Below, piece by piece: positions 22,840 to 34,739 of a stretch of 64,000 bases of DNA. Under the pieces are notes generated by a model. That model was not told the origin of the DNA, searched no databases, and worked only from the letters and a program-made list of their open reading frames with translations. Within the stretch, counting starts at the first letter, position 1; each line of letters begins with the position of its first letter. Source of the DNA: Thecamonas trahens ATCC 50062 (lineage: Eukaryota > Protista > Apusomonadida); NCBI RefSeq assembly GCF_000142905.1, contig NW_013657610.1, positions 30,627 to 94,626 of the forward strand, read 5' to 3'. The translations under genes were made by a program, and so were the position numbers.

Positions 22840-24717
22840 TCAGTCAAGCTCGGACTCGTTGACGACGGGCGTGGGAGCAGCCGGAGCAGCGGCGATGGAG
22901 TCGACAAAGGCGTGGAGCTCCTTAGCTTGAGCCTCAAACTCCTCTCGCTCGGCATCTTGGTTGGCGTCGAGCCAGGCAATGGCCTCGTCGATCCTGGCAG
23001 AGATCTTGGCCTTGTCCGGCTCGGTAGCAGAGACGGTACCGTCTCTCACGGCAGTGCGGAGGGAGAAGACGGCGGCCTCGAGGTCGTTGCGCGCCGAGAT
23101 GCGGCGGCGGATGATGTCGTCCTCTGCAGCGTACTTCTCCGACTCGGCCACCATGCGATCGATGTCGTCCTTGGAGAGGCGAGCCGAGTCGTTGGTGATC
23201 TTGATCGAGTGCTTGTGGCCCGACGACTTGTCCTGGGCCAAGACGTTGAGGATGCCATCGGCGTCGATGTCAAAGACAACTTCGATCTGCGGCTTTCCGC
23301 GCGGCATGGGCGCGATGCCCGTGAGCTCGAACTTGCCGAGGAGGTTGTTGTCCGCTGTCTGCGCCCGCTCGCCCTCAAAGACCTGGATGAGCACACCCGG
23401 CTGATCGTCAGCGTAGGTGGAGAAGATCTGGGTCTTCTTGGTGGGAATGGTTGTGTTCCGCGGGATGAGGTTGGTCATCAGCCCGCCAGCGGTCTCCAGC
23501 CCGAGCGAGAACGGGGTCATGTCGAGGAGAAGGAGCTCAGCGAGCTTTCCGCTGGTGTCACTCGCGCCCGATAGGACGGCGGCATGGACAGCAGCGCCGT
23601 GGGCGACAGCCTCGTCCGGATTGATCCCCTGCGACGGCGCGCGGCCGGCAAAGTAGTCTGCAAGGAGGGCGCGGACACGTGGGATGCGCGTGGATCCGCC
23701 GACGAGAACAATGTCGTGGATGTCGGCCTTGGCGAGCTTGGCGTCGGTCAGCGCCCGCTCGACAGGGCCGATGCACTTGGCAAAGAGGTCGTGGTTGAGC
23801 TCCTCAAAGCGGGCGCGGGTGATGGACGAGTAGAAGTCGACGCCCTCGTAGAAGGCGTCGATCTCGATGGAGGCGTTGGTCGAGGCCGAGAGTGTGCGCT
23901 TGGCGCGCTCGCAAGCAGATCGTAGCCGGCGCATGGCCCGGGCGTTGCCGGTGACATCGGCACGGTGCTTGCGCTTGAACTCGCGGACAAAGTGGTTGAC
24001 AAGGCGGGCGTCAAAGTCCTCGCCGCCGAGATGGGCGTCGCCAGCGGTGGCCTTGACCTCAAAGATGCCGTTGTCGATGGTGAGGACTGAGACGTCAAAG
24101 GTGCCGCCGCCCAGATCAAAGATGAGCACGTTCTTCTCAGCGCCCTCGTGGTGGAGGCCATAGGCGATGGCGGCGGCGGTCGGCTCGTTAATGATGCGAA
24201 GAACGTTGAGGCCGGCGATGGCGCCGGCGTCCTTGGTCGCCTGCCGCTGGGCGTCGTTAAAGTAGGCAGGGACAGTAACAACCGCGTTGCCCACGTCCTC
24301 GCCGAGGTATGCCTCGGCAACGCGCTTCATCTTGGTCAGGACCATGGACGAGATCTGCTCCGGCGAGAAGACCTTGGTCTCGCCGCGGAACTCGACCTCG
24401 ATCATGGGCTTGCCCTCGTGCTCGACAACGGCAAAGGGCCACGAGGCCATGTCGGCCGCCACAGTGGAGTCGGCAAACAGGCGGCCAATGAGGCGCTTGG
24501 CATCAAAGACTGTGTTCTTGGCGTTCATGGCAGCCTGCAGCTTGGCGCCGTCACCGATGAGTCGCTCGGCGTCGGTAAAGGCGACATACGATGGCGTCGT
24601 CCGGTTGCCCTGCTCGTTGGCGATGATCTCGACGCGATCGTTGCGCCACACGCCGACGCACGAGTATGTGGTCCCGAGATCAATGCCGACAGATGCGCCA
24701 GCAGTGTGAGAAGCCAT
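22840..24717 (-). CDS. HSP70: Cytosolic-type Hsp70 (625 aa) with non-canonical C-terminus
   Basis: [69 protein letters not shown]. No signal peptide. Ends VNESELD. Likely start ATG 24717. Confidence 0.97.
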   Translation of the reverse strand: MASHTAGASVGIDLGTTYSCVGVWRNDRVEIIANEQGNRTTPSYVAFTDAERLIGDGAKLQAAMNAKNTVFDAKRLIGRLFADSTVAADMASWPFAVVEHEGKPMIEVEFRGETKVFSPEQISSMVLTKMKRVAEAYLGEDVGNAVVTVPAYFNDAQRQATKDAGAIAGLNVLRIINEPTAAAIAYGLHHEGAEKNVLIFDLGGGTFDVSVLTIDNGIFEVKATAGDAHLGGEDFDARLVNHFVREFKRKHRADVTGNARAMRRLRSACERAKRTLSASTNASIEIDAFYEGVDFYSSITRARFEELNHDLFAKCIGPVERALTDAKLAKADIHDIVLVGGSTRIPRVRALLADYFAGRAPSQGINPDEAVAHGAAVHAAVLSGASDTSGKLAELLLLDMTPFSLGLETAGGLMTNLIPRNTTIPTKKTQIFSTYADDQPGVLIQVFEGERAQTADNNLLGKFELTGIAPMPRGKPQIEVVFDIDADGILNVLAQDKSSGHKHSIKITNDSARLSKDDIDRMVAESEKYAAEDDIIRRRISARNDLEAAVFSLRTAVRDGTVSATEPDKAKISARIDEAIAWLDANQDAEREEFEAQAKELHAFVDSIAAAPAAPTPVVNESELD

Positions 24718-25770
24718 GGTTGGGTTGATAGAGACTGATGGTGTGTGGAGAGAGGGTGGGGAGGAGGGAGAAAGAGAGCGAGTTTTGACATCCAAAAAGA
24801 AAAAATGCGCCTTCATGAAGGCGTTGATCTCCCACATGGACAACATGGCAACAAAGAGGATGACACAAGAGCATGAAGAGGTTAAAAGGTTGTCGCAATC
24901 ATGAGTACGTACATATGAATAGTGGTGAGAGGGTTGAAGAGTGGTCAGAAGGATGAACTAGGGGTAGGAGGACGACGGGAAGGAGAAGGGAGGGGGAGAG
25001 AGGGAGGAAGAAGAGGAGAAAAAATCTGTGGAGGCATGGTTCCATGCGCACGGAATGTTCCGGTTGTTGTGAGAGAGGGAGAGGGGGGGGGGGGGCTATG
25101 AGAGGATCTATTGGTGATGAGATGGGCTACTTTTCTCTGGTGGTGGCATTCTTCTTGCTTGTGGATGTGTGGTCTGGATGGTGGTGCCATAGACGATGAC
25201 GATGATGAACCGCTTGCGACTGACAGTGTGTGTAGAGCGGAGAGCAGCCATAAGCTACAGTGTCCGCATCCATCATCACTATGCTCTACACAAGCTATCC
25301 ATGATGGGCACAGGGGGGGGAAGGGTAGAGTGGCATGGGTTAGTGTGCTGATCTTGCTTCTCCTAAGGTCCATGCGCCCCCTTTCTCGTTCGCTGGTCCT
25401 CCGATCCATCGCCTCGACCGCTGCCGGACTCGCGGTCTGCGAAGAGCTGGCACTTCTGCATGATCTTGGCCTTGGCCTTGCCCTTGACCTTGACCTATCT
25501 TCGATCCCGTTCTCGCTCACGCTCACCCTGCACCCACCGCTCTCCCCTCGCTCGACAACGTTCGCGGCAATGACCTTTCACACCAAAAAAAACGCATTTG
25601 CAATTGCAAAAGTGCATTTTTGTGTGACGGCGGAGAATACTGGCGCCACCATCAGCATGGGAGAGGGCAGGCAGAGGCGTACTACTACTACTACCGCGAG
25701 ATACTTAACCTCTCTCGCAGGTTGATCTCGTGCAGGCTTGTAGGCTTGCTATCCAGCAGCAACAAAGAGT

Positions 25771-26775
25771 ATGGTCAAGGCGAAGCCCCTGTTGGAGGCG
25801 GAGGGGAGGAAGACCGGGTCGAGCGGGCGGAGGAAGAACCGGGGCAAGCGATGCACATTCCGGGCCTTCCTGAGCGTCGTTCTCCCACACACCATGGACA
25901 ATGCGACCAGGGTCAAGAGGAAGCAAGCCCTGACAAATGCCATCAAGAAGGCGGCAGGCGGCAAGGGTGAGGCGACCATCGACGAGGTGCACAGCGGCAT
26001 GAAGGAGTTCCTTATGGCTGACAGGTCGGCGACGGCACAGTACGCAGCTCGGAAGCTTACACCGAACATGTGTCTCGCCATGGCCCGGTGCTACGCCTTT
26101 GAGCCGAGCACGCGATCGGAGGACAACTCGTCCACCAGCAACGTGAATGACGACAAGCGTCGGGCGCGAGCCCTGGAGCAGACGGAGAGGGACCGCATCA
26201 AGATCAACACGCTGATGGGCGAGACAGTCACTCGGTATCACAAGACCAACCAGGCCAAGGTCAACCGCGAGAAAACCAAGGACAAATACGCCGGCAAGGA
26301 CGTGAGCGCCATCGAAGATGCCCTGGCGCCGACCATTGACGATGTGACCACGTCGATGAAAGCGATGGAGGAGTGTGGTGCGGGCGAAGCTGTGGTGTTG
26401 CGCAAGGCCGAGATGATGACCATCGACTTGCCGCTGGCAGAGCCATCGAGCAGCGACTCGAGCTCGACCTCATCCGTCGCGTCCTGTGCGGATACGCTGC
26501 TGCAGCCGACATGGTCGGACAAAGCTGGGGGGCTGTACAACGAGGTGCTGCCCGGGCTGATGACGCAGGATGCGATGTACGGCCAGCAGTTTTGCCTGCC
26601 ACCGATTATCCATGGGTGCGAGTCGAGTCTTCTTAGACGAGCTAGTCCTGTAGCCGATGCGATGACGGTCGCTGCAGGCGTGGGCACTGATTGGTGCTAC
26701 AATCTAGATCTGATCGAGTCTGAGGATGAGTCGAACAACAGCGACAACAGCACGGTGCTCTCGTATCTCAAGTAG
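25771..26775 (+). CDS. Hypothetical protein (basic N-half, acidic C-tail); true start may be upstream
   Basis: 334-aa ORF with GC3-biased codons and no recognised motif. Confidence 0.6.
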   Translation: MVKAKPLLEAEGRKTGSSGRRKNRGKRCTFRAFLSVVLPHTMDNATRVKRKQALTNAIKKAAGGKGEATIDEVHSGMKEFLMADRSATAQYAARKLTPNMCLAMARCYAFEPSTRSEDNSSTSNVNDDKRRARALEQTERDRIKINTLMGETVTRYHKTNQAKVNREKTKDKYAGKDVSAIEDALAPTIDDVTTSMKAMEECGAGEAVVLRKAEMMTIDLPLAEPSSSDSSSTSSVASCADTLLQPTWSDKAGGLYNEVLPGLMTQDAMYGQQFCLPPIIHGCESSLLRRASPVADAMTVAAGVGTDWCYNLDLIESEDESNNSDNSTVLSYLK

Positions 26776-26877
26776 TTGTTCTCGCTCCGTCAGTAGTGAA
26801 GCAGAAGGTGGCTGTGGTGGAGGGAGGGGTCTTCGCCCGTCTCCGTCTCCGTCTCCACCAACATGGCCATCCCTGCC

Positions 26878-27345
<468 letters not shown>

Positions 27346-27347
27346 CC

Positions 27348-30300
27348 ATGGGACGGCGCAACCGACGACGGCGCAAGAACGGGCGGCGACAGCAGCAGAG
27401 CTTTGGAGCATGGGCGAGTGGCGGTGGGCAGTCGGGCAGGACGAGTCAGCAGACGTCGACAACGAGCTGGCGGAGTCATACCAAAGTCACTGACGACACA
27501 CTCCGAGCTGCCTTTCGTCTTGCTCGCCCTGCTTGCGGTGAGCTGGCAGTTGGGCAAGTCGATCGGTCCGAGAAAATTGCCAGTCATTCGGCGGGCAACT
27601 GTGCTGCCTCTCCGAATTGTTTGATGAATCTGGCCTCCATCCCCAAGTCGATGACCGGCAAGTCGTCGATGGCCGGCCAGTCGGCGGGAAAGGGCGGCAA
27701 GGGGAAGAATGCAGCGAACAAGACAAAGCTGGCAGGAGGGACAAGTGGGTGCGGACGAGTCCGGAGTGATGCCATCGCGTTTATGGGCTTGGAGAACCTG
27801 GGCGCGACGTGCTACATGAACTCGCTGTTGCAGACCTTGTTCATGAACGAAGGCTTTACCAGCGGCTTGCTGGCCGCCCAAGTCAAGAATCCGGTTCTCG
27901 CCGAGCTCCAGCTTGTCCTTGCTCATCTGGTGGTGGACAAGCGGGTATCGCTGCGGCCAGAGGGCCTTGTCTCTGCCCTTGATCTCGCTCCGCGCGTCCA
28001 GCAGGACGCCCATGAGTTCTTCAAGCTCCTCATACACTTTCTGGACAACACTCTCAAGAGCGGCGACGGACCGGAGAGTGTGCGCAATCTTGTGGAGGAG
28101 ACCTTTGCCGGCCTCCTTGCCTACCACACCGTCTGCGAGGGCTGCGGCACGGATCGCGAGCGGACCGAGCCGTTCTACGAGATTGAGCTCAATCTGCTGG
28201 GCGAGGAGCGGAGCTTGGGCGGGCTCATCGAGCAGTACCTGGCGCCAGAAACGCTCGACGGTGACAACAAGTACCTCTGCTCGCAGTGCGAGAGCAAGCA
28301 AGTCGCCTCGCGCTTCCTCACCCTCAATGAGCTCCCGCGGGTCCTCAACGTCCAGCTGCTGCGCTTTGTGTACGACGTGGCGACGGGCCGCAAGAAGAAA
28401 GTCCACTACGTCATCAACTTTCCGCACGAGCTCGATATGAGCGCGTACGTGGCGAGCGGCGTCGGCGGGGTGTACCGGCTGCGGGCGGTCGTCGTCCACA
28501 TCGGGTCAACTGCCAACGGCGGGCACTACGTGACCCACGCGCGCGGACGCAGCGGCGACGCGCGATGGTGGAAGTTCAACGACTCGCGGGTGAGCGTGCT
28601 CGAGGAGCACGCGGTCGGATACGAGGCGCCGTCATCGCTCTCGGCCAAGGGCAAGGCACTGCTCCGGTCCGCCCCGGCCGGCACCTCGTCGTCGCACAAC
28701 GCATACATGCTGGTCTATGAGCGCGTCGACGGACCGACGGCGAGTGAGACCGTGCCCGGGATTGTGGTGCCGGATGAGCTCTTTGCGCAAACGCTAGGCC
28801 ACGGGGCGGTGGTCGACACTACCGGCCTGCTTGCCACCGAGTCGGGCGCGAGCCGCGCGGCTGCGGTTGCGAAGCACAATGAGCTTCTCTGCAACGTGTT
28901 TGAGATCGGGGCGCCCGCTGTAAGCGACGACGCGCCGGGCGCAGCGGCGCGGTATGTGTCGCGGGCATGGCTCGGCGAGCTCGCGTCTGCCTTTGACGGC
29001 AGCGAGGTGCCGCCGATGGACAATTCGGGACTCGAGTGCGAACACGGCCTGGTCTCGCCGGAGCGGGCGTCGGCGATGAAGCGGCTGAGTGTCGAGGCGT
29101 TTGATGCGCTGCTTGCGGCGTACGGCGGCGGGCCTGTGTTTACCCAGGACGACCTCTGCGTGCGGTGCGTCGAGGCTGCCTGCCGGCAGCAGAGCGAGGA
29201 GGTGGCAATGCTCGAGGCAAAGCGGGCCATTGCCTCGCGGCTGGACCCCGGCGGGGCCGACACGGACGCGGTGCTGGTGTCGCGGGCGTGGGTGACGGCG
29301 TGGCGGGCGGCCAAGAGCTACGAGGCGCTGATGAGCCTCGAGCCGCAGATCAACATCGACATCCTGTGCGAGCATGGCCAGCTGCAGATGCAGACGTCCA
29401 AGACGCGGCGACTCTCGCGGATGGCGTGGGACTACTTTGTGGGTCTTGTGGGTGACCGCAGCGCCCAGCCGCCGACGATGATATCTGCCGATGCCGAGCC
29501 GTGCGCCGAGTGCCGCGGCGAGGCAGCGAGCGTGAAGGAGGCATTGGCGGCTGAGCGTGGGGTGCGAGCGAACGAGCGGAGTGCGTTTGCCGCCGTCTTT
29601 ACCCTCCTTGCCGGCGGCAAGCGGGCCAAGAGCCGGCGCAACATCGAGTGGCAGGTGGGCGAGAGCGCGGCAGCGAGCGGCGGCAAGCTCGTTCCGACTC
29701 CGCTCTCGTGGCTCCATGCGTGGAAGGCGTACCTGCTTGATGCAAGTGCGCCGGGCCCAGGCCCGCTCTCGCTTGATGAGCTGCGATGCGAGGAGCACGG
29801 CGGCCTGACGTACGCGCCGTGGCATGCGGCGGAGAATGATGGCCTGGTGTACCGTCTGGTCAAGGCCAAGCTTGTGGAGGGGCTCGCAGCCATCCACGGA
29901 AGCGTCGGTGAGATTGTGGCGCTGGCGCAGGGAGCCACCGCGAGCGAGGCCGTGTGCGCGGCGTGCTCTGAGGCGCGTGTGGCGGCTATCGAGGCGGCGC
30001 AGTTTGTGTACGACAAGGCAAACGTGCGGATCAAGTTTGAGCGGGAGGTGACGAGCGGGCGCAAGGGCGGCGGGCGGCGCGGGCGGCGTGGGCCGCAGGT
30101 CCGAACGGTGGCGTCATCGGTGGAGCTCTCGGTCGGATCGAACATGACTCTGGCCACCTTTCGCCTGATGGTCTTTCAGCGGACAGACATTGCGCCTGCG
30201 CTCCAACGGCTGGTGGTAGAGAGCGGGACGGAGGCCGGTCGTGTGATCGGAGGCGGCGACGAAGAGGTCGTAACGCTCGAGAATGCCCGGATCGTGCCCA

Positions 30301-30503
30301 AGACCGTCCTCCGCCTCGCACGGCGTCCAGCAAGCGAGCTCTCCGAGGACGAGCTGGCGAGCGTGCGCCAGTTGAAGGCGGCCAAGGCGAGCAAGAAGGA
30401 CGTATCGGATGGGAAGAGCAGCGGGTATGTGGAGACTGGCTTTGCCGCCACCAAGCTGTCCGGCCTCGCCCCAGGAGGTCCTGACTTTGACCTTGATGAG
30501 TAA
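27348..30503 (+). CDS. USP48: Ubiquitin-specific protease USP48/UBP26-like (USP catalytic domain, DUSP-like repeats, C-terminal UBL)
   Basis: Cys box GLENLGATCYMNSLLQ, QQDAHEF, His box HIGSTANGGHY..WWKFNDSRV, NAYMLVY. Three W..W/CEHG DUSP-like segments. UBL (DIAPALQRL..TLENARI) and terminal ETGFAATKL. Confidence 0.9.
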   Translation: MGRRNRRRRKNGRRQQQSFGAWASGGGQSGRTSQQTSTTSWRSHTKVTDDTLRAAFRLARPACGELAVGQVDRSEKIASHSAGNCAASPNCLMNLASIPKSMTGKSSMAGQSAGKGGKGKNAANKTKLAGGTSGCGRVRSDAIAFMGLENLGATCYMNSLLQTLFMNEGFTSGLLAAQVKNPVLAELQLVLAHLVVDKRVSLRPEGLVSALDLAPRVQQDAHEFFKLLIHFLDNTLKSGDGPESVRNLVEETFAGLLAYHTVCEGCGTDRERTEPFYEIELNLLGEERSLGGLIEQYLAPETLDGDNKYLCSQCESKQVASRFLTLNELPRVLNVQLLRFVYDVATGRKKKVHYVINFPHELDMSAYVASGVGGVYRLRAVVVHIGSTANGGHYVTHARGRSGDARWWKFNDSRVSVLEEHAVGYEAPSSLSAKGKALLRSAPAGTSSSHNAYMLVYERVDGPTASETVPGIVVPDELFAQTLGHGAVVDTTGLLATESGASRAAAVAKHNELLCNVFEIGAPAVSDDAPGAAARYVSRAWLGELASAFDGSEVPPMDNSGLECEHGLVSPERASAMKRLSVEAFDALLAAYGGGPVFTQDDLCVRCVEAACRQQSEEVAMLEAKRAIASRLDPGGADTDAVLVSRAWVTAWRAAKSYEALMSLEPQINIDILCEHGQLQMQTSKTRRLSRMAWDYFVGLVGDRSAQPPTMISADAEPCAECRGEAASVKEALAAERGVRANERSAFAAVFTLLAGGKRAKSRRNIEWQVGESAAASGGKLVPTPLSWLHAWKAYLLDASAPGPGPLSLDELRCEEHGGLTYAPWHAAENDGLVYRLVKAKLVEGLAAIHGSVGEIVALAQGATASEAVCAACSEARVAAIEAAQFVYDKANVRIKFEREVTSGRKGGGRRGRRGPQVRTVASSVELSVGSNMTLATFRLMVFQRTDIAPALQRLVVESGTEAGRVIGGGDEEVVTLENARIVPKTVLRLARRPASELSEDELASVRQLKAAKASKKDVSDGKSSGYVETGFAATKLSGLAPGGPDFDLDE

Positions 30504-30736
30504 CACACACACACCGAATGCTCCACCATGATCTCCACCGCATCACCCTCAGCCACAAACACCATCAGCCGCATCACCATCAGCAGCATCTCCCGCCCTA
30601 CAGCAGAAAGTTTTGATCGCGACCGGCGAGCGGGCGGCGGGCGGCGGGTGGCGGGTGGTGTAGCCGGCGAGCGGGCGGTGGAGCCGGCGGTGATTCGGGC
30701 GACTCGGTGACTCGACGATTTGAGCGACAGCGACTT

Positions 30737-30770
<34 letters not shown>

Positions 30771-30861
30771 TACGGGCCTGACCACGACGACGTTGACGAC
30801 GACCACCCCACCCGCCCCCCCACCCCCACCCCCACCCCTACACACACACACACACACACAC

Positions 30862-31737
30862 ATGAGCACACCAAGTGGGACAACTGAAGCAGCGACGCCG
30901 CACCCTGCGCCGCCGCTGCGGTCGTTTGCAGGGCGAGTGAAGGCCTTCCACGAGCGGGCGGAGCGAGTGGTCAGCGGAGGAGGAGGAGGAGGAGAGATGG
31001 AGACGGGCATGGGTGGGATGATGGAGGGGAAAACGGAGGAGGGGGGCAAGAGCAAGGAATTGAAGTTGAATGTTCCCGAGAGTGAAAAAAGTGCCATTCA
31101 ACTGGTGCGACAGGTGGAGAAGACGGTGCCCAATGGAGAAGATCTGGAAGATGGAACGTGGCTGGCTCTCGTCACAGGTGTGCTCCAGGGCGTGGCGGCA
31201 TCTGGCTCGCAGCCCTTTCCCTGGCCACACCTCCGATCACTCCTCGCTGCTGTGGTTGTGGAACGCGGCGCTGCCTTTTATGCCGCTGTGGCCGATACCG
31301 ATGACTCCCGCAGGGGCCACTCGTACAGCGACAAGATCGCCACCATTGTGGCCCTGCTGTACGAGTTTGATGATACTCCCTTTACCATCCAGCGCCTGGC
31401 CGAGCTCCTCCTCTCGCCGCGGGCGCTTTACACTTCGACGCGCAAGTGGCTCAACGCCGTGACCAAGGCCGTCACTGTCTCGTCCGTCGCTCCCGGCGGC
31501 GCCTTTCCTGCCGATCCACCCAAGATGCTCGACGGTGAGCCGTCGCCGTTACCGCCTGATGTGGCTGCTGCACGGGCGAGCGTGCTGGCCGGCGAGAGTG
31601 GCGGCGAGTTTGTGGTTGAGGCCCACATCCCGCATGCGTCCTCAGCGCCATCGCCACAGGGCGGGGCATCAACGCCTGTGGAAGCCCATCACGAGAACGA
31701 AGCGGCTGTGGCGGCGCCCGAGGGCGTGTCTGGCTGA
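30862..31737 (+). CDS. PPP4R2: Protein phosphatase 4 regulatory subunit 2-like
   Basis: FPWPHLRSLL and PFTIQRLAELLLSPRALYTSTRKWLNAVTKAVTVSS match the PPP4R2 signature. Confidence 0.88.
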   Translation: MSTPSGTTEAATPHPAPPLRSFAGRVKAFHERAERVVSGGGGGGEMETGMGGMMEGKTEEGGKSKELKLNVPESEKSAIQLVRQVEKTVPNGEDLEDGTWLALVTGVLQGVAASGSQPFPWPHLRSLLAAVVVERGAAFYAAVADTDDSRRGHSYSDKIATIVALLYEFDDTPFTIQRLAELLLSPRALYTSTRKWLNAVTKAVTVSSVAPGGAFPADPPKMLDGEPSPLPPDVAAARASVLAGESGGEFVVEAHIPHASSAPSPQGGASTPVEAHHENEAAVAAPEGVSG

Positions 31738-31970
31738 ATAAAGCCAAGTTGTAGCCGGGTCACGGTATCATCGTCGTGGTTGTTGTGGTTGTCGTGGTGG
31801 TCGGTATCATCATGGTCACCTCCATCACCCCCCAGCCCCAACATGGTCATGGTCACCCCCCAGCCCCATCATGGTCATGGTCATCCCCCAGCCCCATCAC
31901 CCCCATCACCTCCATCATCATCACCCCCATCACCCCCATCATGGCCACCCCCATCACCCCCATCATCATA

Positions 31971-32201
31971 NNNNNNNNNNNNNNNNNNNNNNNNNNNNNN
32001 NNNNNNNNNNNNNNNNNNNNNNNNNNNNNNNNNNNNNNNNNNNNNNNNNNNNNNNNNNNNNNNNNNNNNNNNNNNNNNNNNNNNNNNNNNNNNNNNNNNN
32101 NNNNNNNNNNNNNNNNNNNNNNNNNNNNNNNNNNNNNNNNNNNNNNNNNNNNNNNNNNNNNNNNNNNNNNNNNNNNNNNNNNNNNNNNNNNNNNNNNNNN
32201 N
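31971..32201. other. Assembly gap (231 N) inside a C-rich low-complexity tract
   Basis: Run of N. Confidence 1.
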
Positions 32202-32617
32202 AGCAACCCCCCCCAACCCCCCAACCTCTACTTTGCGCATACTACGCTTGCGCAGCCCCCAGCCAAGCCACTGGTGGAGCACCTGGAGCGCAAGGCGCGT
32301 GCCGAGGCGGCCGAGTCGGACAAGCTGAGGAAGGAGGTGAAGGCGCTCAAGGGACGGATGATGAGTTTGGAAGGAATGGTGGCCGAAGAGAAGGAAGAGA
32401 ATCGCAAGTGGCGACAACGATGGTCACACGATCAAGATACCATATACTCGTTGAAGAAGCATCTGAGAGAGGTTCAGATGGCAACGGCCGCAGCATCATC
32501 ATCGTCATCATCATCATATTCGTATTCATCGTCATCGTTATCGTTGTCTTTGATTCGTCGTCAGAGTCCTGATCGCCGCTCTGCTGGTCGTCTTGCTGCT
32601 GCTGCTGGTGGTGCTGG

Positions 32618-32658
<41 letters not shown>

Positions 32659-33692
32659 GTCATGCCTCGTCGCCTTCTGTGGCCATCTCCGCCACTGGCG
32701 CCTCGTTGTCCTCCTCGCCTGTCTCGGCTGCTGCTTCCATGGCACGATCGTCGGGTGTTGCTTGTTGTGGTGCTGCGGATAAGCTGGTCAAGGCGAGGAG
32801 GAAGATCGGCTTGTTGCAGGCGGCGGTGGATGAGGCCAAGGCTGCAAAGGCACGGGCTGGGGCGGGATCGGCTGGAGGCGCGAGTGCGCGGGGGTCTGGG
32901 GGGGTGAAGCATCATGTCACTGCTGAGGATGATCTGAGGAGTGCTGTTGAGGCGGCCCAGCGGAAGGCTGCACGCGCCCGTGATGTCGCTGAGGCCCAGG
33001 CGCATGCCCGGAAGCGGGCAGAGGCCTCGCTGGCTGCCTCGCGGAACAGGATCACCCTGCTGGAAGAGCGCAATGCGGTGCTTGAAGCAAGGGTAAGTAA
33101 GCTCCTGGCCTCATCGGCGCAGGCTGCCGAGGAGGCCCGTTTTGAGCGTGACATCCTCCGCATGGAGGTCGAGCGTGAACGGCAGCGCAAGGCGCCGTCG
33201 CCAGCAGAAGCCCTCCTTCTCATGTACGAGCGCCAGGCCCACTGGCTGGGTAAGTACAAGGAGATGAAGAATTACGCCCGCGATCTCGAGGCTGAGCTCG
33301 ACCGCGTGTATGCCGCCCGGGCTGGCGCAGGTCCTCGAGTCGATACCACAACCGCGCGACCGTCGACCATGGACGATGACGAGGCCGACAAGGCCGCAGA
33401 GGCGGCAACAAGTGCCGCCGCCGCAGAGGCAGGCATCGCCGTGGAGGCCCCGGCAGTGGAAGACCCCGAGGCCGCAGCGTATGCACGGGCGCAGGCCAAG
33501 CTCTTTGAGCGGGTCGGGCGCAGAGGGGGCGGGCGAGGCGGGCGCAGTGGCAGGAGCGGAGCCGCAGCCGCGGCTGCAGCCGCGGCCGCAAAAGAGGCCG
33601 CAGCCACAGAAGCCGCACGCTCATCGATGGGAACATGGATGCAGGGGAGAGGCCGAGGGAGGGGTCGGCGCGCGAGAGGTCGAGGCAGTTGA
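32202..33692 (+). CDS. Coiled-coil protein of unknown function; 5' end lost in the gap
   Basis: Open frame from the gap edge with heptad-like E/K/R/A/L segments and Ser/Ala linkers. Confidence 0.7.
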
Positions 33693-34098
33693 TGAGCAGA
33701 TGAAAGCTGCTCAATGAACGCAGCGTGTCTGTGCGCTGTTTGACGATCACCGATTCTCTCCCAAAATGATTGCTTTGATGGCACTATGAAGACGTTAGAG
33801 ATGTGGATACAGACAGCGTCAGGAGAGTGAAGTAAACAAGGTGCGAGGAGCAGCATAACGTGATTGAGTTGATTGTGTTCAGTGTGCCAGTTGCTGTGCT
33901 TGTAATGCTTGCGAAGCAGGTCGCCAGCCGCACTAGGGCGTCATCATGCTTTCAACCAGTTTCGAACTCAGTACCACAAAATTCAGCCCCATATACAACA
34001 CCCATCAGCCATCATGACTCCGCTTGTCCACCAACACCACATCACGCCCAAGGTGTGGCTGCGCACGGTAAGAAGAGGGTGTGGAGGGTGGCAAAAGC

Positions 34099-34108
34099 AA
34101 AAAAAAAA
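34099..34108 (-). terminator. RNA polymerase III terminator (T10)
   Basis: A10 on the + strand, immediately 3' of the minus-strand tRNA. Confidence 0.9.
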
Positions 34109-34109
34109 G

Positions 34110-34181
34110 GGGCTCTGCCGGTGATCGAAACCGGGACCTCTTCAACCCTAATGAAGAATCATGCCACTAGACCACAGAGCC
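34110..34181 (-). tRNA. tRNA-Pro(AGG), intronless
   Basis: Reverse complement has acceptor stem GGCTCTG/CAGAGCC plus discriminator C, A-box TGGTCTAGTGG, anticodon arm CTTCA-TTAGGGT-TGAAG, and T arm CCGGT-TTCGATC-ACCGG. Length 72 nt. Confidence 0.97.
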
Positions 34182-34739
34182 GTAAGCTAACCGATTAGCT
34201 TGAAGACGTCGGTCAACTAATTGTCTTTAACTAGCACATTGCGTTCCCCTCTCCGGACCGATCGACTTGCGCGGCTCTCTTGGGCACACGACACACATCT
34301 AGCAACCAGACACTCCCACACAACACTAACAACTAAAAGGTCAAATAGTCCATGTGTGCTTGTGGTGTGTTTCTGCTTAAGAACAGTGAAAAGATGGTCC
34401 ACACGGCTGTGAGGCCAGCAGCCATCCTCCGTCCACCACTCGACGAGCCGACCAATTGATGGCAACGATAACTCACGTTGTCTGCTGCTTCACCACCATG
34501 ACACCGATGATTCCCACCACACCTCCATCCCTTCCATCGCCTTCGCGCCTCTCTATACTATGATCCCCCTCGCCATTCTTACCTACAATCGTACGATCAC
34601 ATCCTGATCGCATCCTTTACTAATAACCGGCCCATGCCCGGCTTTGACGCGGCGACTCGCCGAAAAATATGTCCTTTGCCTCTTCCACCCCTCTAACCCC
34701 CCCCCCCCCGCCCTCCCCCCGCCTGCCTCATAACTTGAC

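Noticed and set aside
25052-25061. Heat-shock element upstream of Hsp70 (gGAAtgTTCc)
   Set aside because: Only two nGAAn units; too short to separate from chance.
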